NCBI GenBank assembly: GCA_013265495.1
Contig: MU058796.1
Location: 124,001-188,000 of the forward strand
Source: Vicugna vicugna
Taxonomy: Eukaryota
DNA: 64,000 bases
Direction: 5' to 3'
In this document: positions 1-12,142 of the stretch, in pieces
Numbering within the stretch: position 1 is the first letter of the stretch
How the letters are laid out: each line of letters begins with the position of its first letter
Translations under genes and position numbers: made by a program
The notes under the pieces: generated by a model
The model's database searches: none
The model's input: the letters and a program-made list of their open reading frames with translations, nothing else
What the model was told of the DNA's origin: nothing

Positions 1-235
1 GTGACTATATTTTAATTAACAGCCATAGTAGTTGCTCAGTTTACATAACATTAAATACTATAGATTTAAGTCAGCTAAAGAATACACAAACTCAAATTTT
101 TGGTTGCTACTAACTGGCATGCCATCTTCTGGTATGTTAATTAGAAAATATGCAAAATGTCCATTTGATTCTTATTTTAATTTATCTTTATCAGTCAAAT
201 ACGTGTTTATAAAACTTAAGTGCTGTCACAGTGTA

Positions 236-312
236 GGAGTATGTGTATGTGTATATTTATGTATTTATACATGTGTAAATATATTAATATAGTATACATA
301 TATTTAATTATA
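236..312. repeat. (TA/TG)-rich low-complexity tract
   Basis: gtatgtgtatgtgtatatttatgtatttatacatgtgtaaatatattaatatagtatacatatatt. Confidence 0.6.
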
Positions 313-2419
313 ACATTTTATTTGCTACAGAAGTGTACCAAACCTATTTAGGATGCAAACAGTAAGGGGGGAAGAAATGGAGCCACATAGCCACAAAGCA
401 TAGGAAGTTTGTGAAAATAACCTGAATCAATCAATATACAAACGTCATCGCAATTTTTAAAGGCTACCAACACAAACTTTTAAACCAAATTCAAAAGTAC
501 AAGTTGGAAAATGTTTGCGGGTTATCAAAACATGCTTTCCGTCTAGCTCACTCTGTGCTGTCTCATATTCCTGCAAGTCTCACAGGATGCTTCTTAAACA
601 CACTTCACCTTTCTTTCTTCAGTTTCAGGGTAGAAAGTGTCCCTTTAACTTCTGGAGACAGTAAATCACAGTGTGTGTGGTGGTTCTCAGAAGACACTTA
701 AAGGACTGAATTGGATGCTCTACATAGCACCCTTGCCAAAAGAGTTCGGAAATGACTTCCAGCTTCCCACAGTAATAAAATGGCACTGTTTGGCATCTTT
801 AAGGTAATAAAAGTGAATTTTTTCCATTCTAGTAAATGAGAAGAGAGGCCTGGTTGTTTTAAAAACTGATTAAAATTCATGTGTTTTCCTCAAATTATGG
901 AGCGTGATATGAGCACACTTACATGTGAACTTCAGACCACCTCAGAGCATTATTATATCCAGCTCTCTGAGGGAAACAGGATGTGCTAGTTAGTGGGTGG
1001 GAGGGAGCCTGAGAAGGACCCGTCAGGTGCTGTGAATACTGAGGACATGATTCAATAGGTGGCACTCTTCCCTCTGAGTCAGCAGTGAATGAATTCAGAG
1101 CGTGCTCTTTGGAGGATATTATTGTGCTTGAAGGAAACGTTTGGGAAGTTCATAAATGTTTCTGGCACTGTTAAACAGCTGCTGAGTCTAATCACAGACT
1201 TTGGCTGTATTTTGGTGATGGGAAAAGCTCTAGAAAACAGGTTTCCTGTCTTTAAGAAAGAGGCTTACGTAAGGCATTATCGTCATTTGTATACAAGACA
1301 TTTTAAAATTCAGTTTCACTCCCCTCACCATTTCAAAGGAAAATCTTTTGTCATTCCTGTTTGACTCATACGGCCTATGAGGAAGTTTGATCATCTTCCA
1401 TTTCCCTTCTGGTTATTCATAAGGCACCTGCATCTCTTGTGATTTCTTCTAGACTACACAATGCTACCGACTGACAACAAACATTTTATAAAGGAAGACC
1501 ACCTTTCAGAAAAGGCACCTGAACATTAGAAACTTGCCAGCCAGCTTTCTATCCTTATTTCAACTGTACCAGAAGTGGAAGTTATAATTGTCTTAAGCAA
1601 AAAAACACAAGATGGATACATTTTACATATAGTCCAGCCCACATTTGTCTTTGTTTATAGGCTGCAATTAGAAGGCGATTACAAACAGATTAGTAGTATC
1701 GCAGAAGAATTTTTAATGACTTGCTGATTTCAGTTATTGCCAAATACCTTCATCTACCTGTCACATTCCTAATTAAGAGACAGCAATGTGTGTGTTTATA
1801 TAATCTCTTTGTTAAAATTATGCAAAAGTGGCCTCAATAGTTAGGGGCTAGTCCATTAATTAAGCAGACAAAACGATTAAAGCATTTAAACAGACCATTA
1901 CAAAAGAAGCAGGATGTAGACACACCCAGTTTAACAACAGTGGGGAAAAGACGTGTCCCTAACAAAGATAAAAGGGGAAAGGGAAATATTACCGCTGCTC
2001 TTAACGATGGTCTGTAAACACTTGAGTACATGTTTATTAAGCCTATGACAGTTGCTTCAACAAAGAGAGAATTAGATGTAAATGCTCGCAAATGTTCCCA
2101 ATGAATATGACCCAAATCAGAGCATTTGACTTTAGTGGGTAACCATCTGTGATGAAAAGGAGAATGTTTCCTTGTGGGCTAACACTGAAATACCAATGGA
2201 GGCAGCGTTCCTGCAGCTAGTCCTTGACCTTCACTTTCAAGTAGGTATTTACCTGTTAAATTGTATGGTCTCCAGACTCATGAGAGAGGTTTATGAAAGA
2301 ACACTGTAGTCCCTGATATACTACTGATCATCCAAAAAATATGACACAACATATTTGTAGATCTGTATTTGCCTTTATCCCTTTATAATGTAATTAAGCC
2401 ATTTCTTTCAATATTTTGA

Positions 2420-2505
2420 GTTATGAGCTTTTCATGACCGGCGACCCTATCTTGTTTAACTATGAAGACAGTAGGCAGTAAGTATTTGCTAAATGAGTGA
2501 ATACA
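2420..2505 (+). mobile_element. L2 LINE 3'-end fragment (very degraded)
   Basis: tatgagctttt...ccctatcttg...cagtaggcagtaagtatttgctaaatgagtgaata resembles the L2 3' terminus. Confidence 0.5.
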
Positions 2506-3174
2506 TGCATAAACATGTAAAAATCAGGTTCTCATTGCTAAAACGGAAGTAATCTTACCTTCAGAAACTATGTAAGGGTAAAAACATTCATGTTCTTGAT
2601 TTTAAGTGTGATTATTTTATCTGTAAATACGGAAACTGTAATGTGCTTAACGTAAACAATCTTTCTACTTAAAAATATTAAAAGTTAAAAATAGTGGCCA
2701 GCAAATTCAACATCTCTATTTCTTGTATTAGCAAGGACTTGCTAAAGAGTTTATGATTATCCTTAAGCTTGTCCCTTTGTCCCCTCATTGTTACCTCCTC
2801 TATAACTTAATTTATCTTCTATGTTCCAAATATTACTATATACATATAGTAGATAAAATAATCAGTTTCCTTTGAAAATTTCTAGCTGTGATTTCCTATT
2901 CCAGCATGTATATTTTATATCCAAATGATATTTGTCTCTTATGGATAAAATTCCACTTATCCATTCATTTAATATATATTGGTTAAATGACTACCATGTA
3001 TAAGATCATCTACCAAATGAAAAGATGCAACAGAAAATATTTAACTTTTTATCTCACATGTTTCAGAGTTAACCTAATTCCCACTGGTTTACTTTGATTT
3101 GCTCAGTGATTCCAAGTGATCATATAGGCTAAAGATTTGCCTTTAAAGAGAGTGATTTTGAAAGTTTTCCATGC

Positions 3175-3348
3175 TTAAGATGCACCTGTGACTATGTACG
3201 TAGTGAAACAGATTCTGAATTCCATTCCTCTCGATTCAGGCTCAGTAAATCTGGCATAGAGCCCAGGAATCAGCAGCATTTCTAACAAGCTTCCCAGGTA
3301 ATTCTCAGGGAAGTGTTCCTCAGAACATGCATTAAGAATCACTGCCTT
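3175..3348. mobile_element. MER5A/MER5B-like hAT-Charlie DNA transposon remnant
   Basis: cagattctg...ctcagtaaatctggcatagagcccaggaatc...gcatttctaacaagcttcccaggtaattct is the typical MER5 core. Confidence 0.75.
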
Positions 3349-6048
3349 AAGAATTAAAGAGATTTTTCTTTTCATGCCGTGCTTTATTCTAGGTATAACA
3401 AACATTTTCTTCTAGTTCTTTATTATTTTTTCCTATAAAATACAATTTAAGTTTTCCTGAATAGCATCTTATAATTACAACAGAATCTGTTGTGACCACG
3501 AGGAGTAATGCAGGATTTTTTTTTTGTCCCTCTAAAAGGTTTAGGGATGCATGAGGAGTGTTAAATATGACTTTTTAAAAAACTTACATCTTGATGATAA
3601 GGAAAAATTCTTTAATTTTCATTATTTGATTCTAAATTGGTAATTCACGAAGATGAAAATCATAGACTTTTGGTCATTAATTTTGACTCTTATCTTACAA
3701 AATAATTCAGAAGTTTCCATTTGCTTTCTTTTCTAATTTTCCCTTAAAATATTCTGCTAGGTCCCAGTACAAGTTTTTCCTATGGCTTTAGAAGAATGTA
3801 ATTATGAGAAATGAAATCTATTTTCCTTCTATATCCATAATACCTTACTTCAATCTCTTTCAATGGATTATTTTTCTCTACAAGTCTTTTAGTATTATGG
3901 CATCATGTCATAAGATGTGACTACGTGACATTATTTAAGGTCACAGGATAGACAGAAAAACTGTGACTAGTCTCTGTTTGTTGTATTAGGGTCTACTATT
4001 CTCCCACAGAAATGTTGGCTTTTTATTTCATAATTTGAGTTCCAGACATGGTTTTCTTGCTTCTAAGGTTGATAGGTCATTTCTTTAAAAGATTTGATAT
4101 ATTTCTAACCTTTTATAATTTTAATATTGTCATAATGTGATCTGAAGACTCTTTTTTAGGTAAGTCAACAGTCCCCAAGCTGCATTAGGAAATTTCCATT
4201 GATATTAACCCTAACGGCCACCTCCAGTCAAATGTGCCACCATTCAGACACTTTCTTTTCATGAAAATATCACATTTACTTTTACTTTTTCCCTTTAAAA
4301 AATATTTTAAGAAGCTCACTTGGAAATAGCTCATAGTGATAGAGAATTGTGAAATGCTTAGTTTCATTGAGTACTCTAACCACATTCACCTAAATAATGT
4401 AGCTCACAAAAGACTGAACTCTATTCTGGTTATTAGTGAAAATCTAGTGTCTGACAAGAGCTACCCAACAACTATGCCAGGGCGAATCGAAACAGAAGGA
4501 ATTGGAATACCTCCCCCTCCCCCCAAAAAAACCCCCAAAAGAGTAAATTTTTATTTTAGAACTTTAAAAAGCTAAATAAATTTGAAACACCACTTTAAAA
4601 TATATACTTCCACATGATTACATGCCCTGGGACCTGGAAACAATTATAATAAAATTTTGTGGAGAAAACCCCCCACTGTTTCTGTGGTGGCATTTCTGCC
4701 ATGGTTCAAATTAGAACTCCTATAAATCTTGGAATTGAGCAAATAGGGAAATGAAAATCTCATAAAATACCTGTCTGTGTTCGGGCTGAAAGAATGAATT
4801 TGTGTAGTATTCCAAATCAAACTTTCTAACTTGTTGAGGTTGATATATTTATGCCTGCTTTCCAATTTGTGGCAACTTATGTAAACAATTTCAAGTTAAA
4901 ATAAAATGTATACTTTGATCATTCCCTTTTAAATGAAATCATGATCATCTTGGCCCAGTTTCCTGCATAAATGTATCCATTCCTTCACATAGAGTTCTGT
5001 TAGATGCTACAAATAATAGAACAACTGAAAGTTTTCCTCCACAAATAATGATGAGTCTGACACTCCAAGAATTCTGTACAGGACCAGTGGCAGACTCAGC
5101 CTCAAAAGTGGACAAAGGAACTTTTTATCAACAACTTTATAGTGATGGCAAAGTGTCAAGTAAAGCACATTTACATTTTTGACTGTTTCCTTTTCAGCAA
5201 AGCCTTTTCCTCATACAGAATTTCTCCCTTATCTTTTTAAATGTCATAATTGCATAATTATAAGTATTATGCAAATAATCTATTTACCTGCTGAATGATA
5301 AACCCCAAACCATAAGCATCATCAAACTTTGGAAAATGCATAAATATCTCTAGGACAGTATTTTCAAATGATGCATAGAGATAAATACCAATGATTTTGA
5401 ATCATGGACAAAGCTTAAAAAAAAAATCTTTAAATAGGAAAATCTCTAGAGGAAAGGCCTGACTCTCACTTATGAACAAAAAAATGCTGCTGTTAGGTAG
5501 AGGCAACCTGTATAGTAGTGTTCATCCATCTAACCCCACCAAGGGGACACCACTAAAGAATTTTTCTCACAGTGAAGTTCTAACTGCCTCCATTGTCTTT
5601 TAGGAATATATTGTTGGAAAAGAAAAATATTCTCTGTCTACTGTAAAGCGTCAAGGGATTAGATACAGTCGTAACTAGACAACAGTTGTTGTCTCGTAGG
5701 CCTGTAATTGTAATGAAAGTTCATGATCCTCTTCCTTCCTTGTAAATCCTAATTTACAGATGTTAGAATTTTATTCAAACAAGGGGGGAAAAAAACAGAG
5801 AAAAAGAGATCCAACCTGGCCTATAATCTGCTTTTCAGTTGCTTACTAATAATGCCTAAATGAAAACATTATTAAATTAGGTAATGCTTTGGATAGAAAA
5901 AATGTATTTAAACCATTCTATTTGACAACATTAATATCATAATTCTCATCAGCATATTAGATATCATCCTTCCTCCAAAAGACTTCAATCTCATTAGATG
6001 TCTATCTTCCATGCTTTCGTTTTTTAAAAGGCTTTTTTTGAAAGTACT

Positions 6049-6111
6049 TTGTCTGTATGTCTGTCTGTCTATCAATCTATCTATCCATCTATCCATCTAC
6101 CTATCTATCTC
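6049..6111. repeat. compound tetranucleotide microsatellite (TCTG)/(TCTA)/(TCCA)
   Basis: gtctgtatgtctgtctgtctatcaatctatctatccatctatccatctacctatctatct. Confidence 0.85.
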
Positions 6112-8174
6112 ATAATTCATTTAAATACCTATGTTTCCATCTATCTAGATGTACTCCAAAATTACAGGAAGGAGGTGTTTTCAGATGGCTTACCAAAAAA
6201 CTCTCACACTAATAAAAGCAAATGAAAATTATAAGAAAATGAGTTTATCTTCCTGGTTAGCAACCAAGGACACCTCTACCCTTGAAACTGATTTTAGCTC
6301 AGCGTGATTTTTCATATGCTTTCTGAGTTTTCTCAGTGTTGTCTTGATAATAAGATGAAGTGCATTGTTTTGTCCTCCATTGTGACAGAATGATGTTAAC
6401 ACAAGGAGATTTGATTTGAAAATCTTTATCTGCCATAATTATACATTCTATCCAGGACTCCACTGATGGGAAGTAAACTGTTTCTCTCCTTCCATGTCAT
6501 GGTTAGGGGAAAGGCCAGATGGGTCCAGTAGCTAAAACTACAAAAGAAGCTCTCTTAGGTCATTGGTGGGAAGTTCAATATTACTGCATCCCTAATAGCA
6601 GCTGCTTCTGTTTGAACTCAAGGTTATGAAAGATGAACTACATTAAATGGTAAATCATTAAATATCAGCTGAGTCAAAGCAGGGTGGTGCGTTTCCCTGC
6701 TTAAATCGCCCGCATCTGTCTTCTCACATGCAAAGAGTTGCTCTTTTCAGTCCTTCAGTGAAACCCCAACAGAAAAGCTGAAGCTGAAACCACACCAAAA
6801 CCTCAAATGGCATCTTTTGGGTTTTTAGTTGGTGAGTAAATGATCATCAGCAAATAGTCAGCTGTGGAACTAAAGCACAACATTGCATTTAACACAGCTA
6901 TAAAATATTTAGGAATGCATAATCCCTTTAGAGCCTCATTTTTTCCTCCTATTATGTGTTTATTCTTCAGGAAAAGAAAAAACAACTGTTTAAATTATGT
7001 CCACCTAATACCTTAGATTTATTGCAAAGCCTACAATTTGCTGGTTTCCTTCTATTATTGATCCTTCTCCTACTTATGGGGATGTGAACATCATAATCAG
7101 AGATAAAGCTCACACTGCTTCAAAACTAAAATTGTACAATAATGGATGCCATAAAGTCAGGCTTCAGAACTGTTAGAAAAATTAGACTCTTCTCATCTAC
7201 TTGGATTAGGTGGCAGAAGAATCTCAAATAGCAATTGTAACTATAAGACCCCACTCCCGGCATGGCTTAGATTCACAGTAATTTACTCACAACTCAAAGC
7301 AGTTACCATGAGACAGTGGTCGTCCTTTATCCTCATTCTGTGCGTGCTTTCGTGGTGCTTTGCTCCACTGTGGGTTTGTCTCGTCCACGTGAGTGTTTGA
7401 GCTGTCGTTTCAGTGTCAAACTAGATGCCGGTATTGTGACAAATACTGGAGGTAAACATAGAGCATCTCAACTAACACATTTTCCCCCTCCCCTGACGAT
7501 ATAGTCCTGGAATAAGAAACAAATGAAAATCTAGGATTCACTTTTAGGTATATGATTAGTCATCTCCACTTGGTGTAAGACAGACGTCAGAGGTTGCTAC
7601 TTTCAAACTTTGGGGAGAAAACACAAAGTGTAAGTGTATAGAATTTATTCTAGCAATCATTTTTATGGTATGCTTATTTTGAAAATGTATCTCATCAAGT
7701 CATCCCCACACGTTTTTCACCTGGGGACACACTACATTCTACAGACAATAGAAACAGGGTCTCTGAAATTTACTTAGTAGTCTCACTTACAGATTTATTT
7801 CACTCAGCATCTGAAAGGAAGAATTTTCTTTTAATTTCCATTAAAGGATGTCATAAAATTATCTTTGTATCAATCATAAAACAGAGGAAATTTTGAGGAA
7901 ATATTTACTAATACTTATAAGAATATCTAAATCCTTCAAAAGAACATACAGTTTTATGTCCATCAGATGTTTTTATAGGAACTGTATTATTTTCAAAGTT
8001 ATATGATACATTTTATTATAAAAAATAAATCTACTTTTTCTTTGTTTATTAATTAGCACCTACCTCCAGTAGGAGTATCATGGATTATCTTACATGCACA
8101 AAATTGTATTTTGCTTAGAGAAGAAACAGTTATACTCTTGTAAGAAATTATAAGGACCTGGAAGACCATCTTAT

Positions 8175-8336
8175 TGCGTGACCTTAGGCAATTTATTTAT
8201 CAGCTCTATGCCCCAAATTTCTTATTAGTATAATGGGAATAATAGTGCCAATCTCACGCATCTGTTAGAATACAAAATAAAACAAAATATGTAAAGTACT
8301 TATAATACCTGGTACGTATTAAACCCTTAGAATAAG
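8175..8336 (+). mobile_element. MIR SINE (core and 3' part)
   Basis: gtgaccttaggcaatttattt...tttcttattagtataatgggaataatag...tatgtaaagtactta...cctggtacgta follows the MIR consensus. Confidence 0.75.
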
Positions 8337-11300
8337 TGAAATTTTTTTTTGCTGCAAAACACATACAATGTGTTTCAAAGATAGACTATGTAGTTTATCA
8401 TGTTTCCTACAACCTCTGTCCCTGTTCCCTGCCTTGCTATGCACTTACTAAAAAAACCCCTTTTTATAGCCGTTAATTCTGTGTGTTTTATCCACTGGAA
8501 ATCTTTCCAAGGCCAACCAGTGAGACCAACTTGCAAATATATTAACAGAAAACATGTATAGCATGTGGTTACCTCCTCTGGGAGTGAATAGACAAACAGA
8601 AAATGTCAGAGTGTCATGTTTTAGAAGAAATATAAATCTTCGTGAACTGCTGGACATGATTTTGCTAACACAAAAAAGGAAAGAACAATTTTGATAAAAT
8701 TAAACTTAATGCTGTGGGACACGGTTATCCCCATGTTGGCAGCTTTTAAGATTTTATAGGCCTAACCTCATATTCAGGTCAAACTAAAGGTATCTAGGTA
8801 TTATTTATCAGCGTTGGAGGAGGGATTGAGCTGGCAGGCAGATATGCCCAGGACACTGTCTAGAACAACGTGTCTATTATTAAATACTGTCCTGTTGTTG
8901 TATTAAAATACATACGTCCAGACAGCCCAGAATGTTCATGGGACAGAAAGAAGACTCTAGAACCTGAAAGGGTTTGTGTAAAGTGAGAGGAAGAAACATA
9001 AATCAGTCACACAGAATCAGTATCTCAGATTCTGAATACTGAATAATCTAGAACAACTGTAAACATCGTTCAGTACCTGGTTCTACGTCTTTGTCAACAA
9101 CTTTGCCTTGTTTTCTTACTCTCACATGTATAATGTTGGACACTCTTATGTATTGTATAAATAAAAAAGATAGAAGTTCGAGTGTTTTGTGATAAAATGC
9201 TACCTGAAATGTAAAAGTAAACCACTTAATTAATCTTTAAACCACTTAAACTAATTTCATCTGAGACTGTCATTCAACAAGTCATGTCATTACTGAAGCC
9301 AAGGCTAAATTGCTCTTTTTTAAAAATAGGAAGCCAATCTTTAAAGAGCGTTACAAAAATGAAAGAACTGATTGATCTTGCTTCACTCTCCTTCTGAAGA
9401 AAAAGCGATCTGTCTATCTACGGAAGTCTCAGGCTCTCCTCATAGTGGTTCTTAACTGCAACAGGCAAAACGTTTCCAAGGACAATACATTTTACTGTTC
9501 TACTGCACATTTCATTTCATAATGGCATTTCAATTTTTCTTCATTTTGGGGGGAAGATGAATTTTGTCTGAACAGTCCAGGCCCACGTTGCTTCCAAGGA
9601 GGCAGTTGCACACCAGCATTTGTGGAAGCCCCAAGCTCGGGTGTCAGAGAGCATCCAAAAAAAGGATGAAGCATCACTTCGCAACTGCCATTTGTTGAGT
9701 GTTTTCCCGACAGCTGTATCTCTTGACCATCACAAGTGTACAAATCACAAGAGGCACGAAGGAAGAGCACAGCCATCAGACAGGGAGGAAAATTCCATGT
9801 TCGTCTGTGAAACAACATTGCTTTTAATTGCACCATAATGATTTTCTAACAGACAGAATGGTATGTCGTGTAGTCTTAGAGCTGATTTAAAGCACACAAT
9901 AAACCACAGCGCAGCTGAAAAACCAATTGAGATTTCTTAGTGCCAGGAAGGTTTTTGTCCTAATGTGAATACTTAAGAGTATTTTCACCAGCTACTTTGT
10001 CCACAATCCACTTGTACCAAAAATAACTGCCTCTGTCATTGTGCTGGGGCAGTTTTGAAAAGTAAATGAACGTTTTAATTTCAGATAGCAATGTAGTTAA
10101 GCTTCAGTTTATTTTTAATCTTTGTGATATGCAATCCTAAAATAAGACAATTTCATCATCTGGGGGATGACCCCAAATCTCACTTTTCCTGATTTTTTTA
10201 AACCACTTAACATTTTCATTCTCCCCCTTTAGTGTAAAAGTCTGCACAATGGCCATCAGTCGTTCCTTCTTACAAAGCATTCTCTGACACAGCAGGTGAG
10301 ATAGTATTGGCGATAGCGGAGCTGGCTGGTCAGACATTGAAATCCTTGGTTTCTTGATGGGAGCAATTAACAGAAACTACCCTAGAAGGTACCGTTAACT
10401 GAGGACCCTCCTTGAAGCGGTCCTCCTCTGTGTACTTCATAGGCTTGGACTCGAAAGATTCCAGTCAAAAACGTCACTTTGTGTGAAAGTCTAATACTGT
10501 TTTCTAGGAATTCAGTTGTCAAAATGTAATGGATTAATCAGCAGAGGCTTTCTAGATCCCCAAGCCCCATTCCATTCTGTAGCATAAAAGAATGAGACAG
10601 AGAAAACAAAGAGACTGAAAAGAAAAAAGTAGGGAACTTCACGTGATCTACATTTTTACAGTTTCCATTAATTTCATCAGCATCATTATAATAACCAATA
10701 TATGACCCTATCATGTATGTACACCACGCAGACATACACACACATAATCTAACTTCTTGTTTTCTTCACCAATTGTCAGAGCTCGTGTATTTGTATACCA
10801 TCTTATTACCACCTGTTACTGCTACTCAGAAGTATGTCAGCAAGAGCAGGTATTGGACCCACATTTTAAAAACGAAAGAAAAATCTGTGCAAAACTTGCA
10901 TTGGGTACAGTTGAGCTCATTCTCTTTTTTTTTTTAGGGGGAAAAAAAATCTGTGCCAAAATGAGCACTACATGCCTATGAGTAAGAGAGATTTTTCAGG
11001 AAAAATTCTGAACCACCTACCCAGGACCGCAGATGGCACAAAAACTTGGAACATACACTTTTGAAACCTACTGTCTATATTTGTGAACTCTCCGTAATGC
11101 ATTTCAAAACCAGCTTTTTCTACAGATCCACTCTTGGTAGTAAGATCTGTCTGTGAACCAGGCTTTTTCCCACAACTTCACAGAGAATAATTGTGAGAGA
11201 TAATAGTTAATTGTGTTTCCATTTGAAGGCTGCTGTTACCTTTTTTTTTTAATCCAATAGGCATTTGCACTCTAATAGTAGGTAAGCATTCTCCTGTTGT

Positions 11301-11704
11301 TTAAAAAAAAATCCATACACAATTCAATAGGTGCTAAGGCACCCTGCCTAATCTGTATAACCCAGTAATATGGGGAGGGAGGAAGAGGCTGTAAATATAG
11401 ACTAAGTCTGTTTAAGAAATATTCCTTATCCCTAAATAAGCAGTCTGGCCAGATTTCAGCCTGTTACCAGTTTGTTACTAGTCCTAAGAAACATGACTCT
11501 CACTCCTGCTATTCACAGTCAGTTGCAGTGAAGAAAGCCTGCACCAAATGTCTTCCTTCGGTTGTGCCCTGATCTATGCCTAAGGGACTCCTCAATCTCC
11601 TTCTTAAAACAGTGGTTTCCATATACCAGACCATGCATGCCCCGTGGACGATATTCCTTGTCCACAATAAAATGAGAAAAATAGGGAAATTATACACATA
11701 TATA

Positions 11705-12142
11705 AATGGAGCAAACTTGTATTGAGTACCTACCTCACAAGTGCCAGGCAATGTTTTGGGTAGTGGAGGAAAACAGGTGAACAAGAGACACGAAGCCCAT
11801 GACTGCGTGGGTTTTATACTGTAACCGGAGAGATACAATAAACACATGAATAATTGATAGTCAGGTGGTAAAGAGTACTGGACAGAAATTACAGCAAAGT
11901 AAGGAATGGGGGAGGAATGGAAATGGTGACGAATAGAAGTGGGAAGGGGAGGGTTTGCCGGCATGGGGAGGAGGGAGGGGGGAGAGGGGCTGTAAACTGT
12001 GTGGTTAGAGAAGCCCTGTGTCTTGTGGTTGCATCTGAGTGGGGAGCTCTGCCAGTGTCCCAGGGAATAGATTTCCAGTCAGAGGAGTGGCTGGCGTGAA
12101 GGCAGTAAGGTGGGAAGGGGCTTGGCGTGTTTCAGGAACTGG
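11705..12142 (-). mobile_element. L2a-like LINE 3' region
   Basis: gcaaacttgtattgagtacctac...gtgccaggcaatgttttggg...gtgaacaagagac...gtggttagagaagccct...ggcttggcgtgtttcaggaact is the reverse complement of the L2 3' end. Confidence 0.8.

Noticed and set aside
9492..9838. 114-aa and 72-aa antiparallel ORFs
   Set aside because: No recognisable family; lengths are within chance for 64 kb.
11509..11964. 151-aa minus-strand ORF
   Set aside because: Largely overlaps an L2 remnant; no homology recognised.
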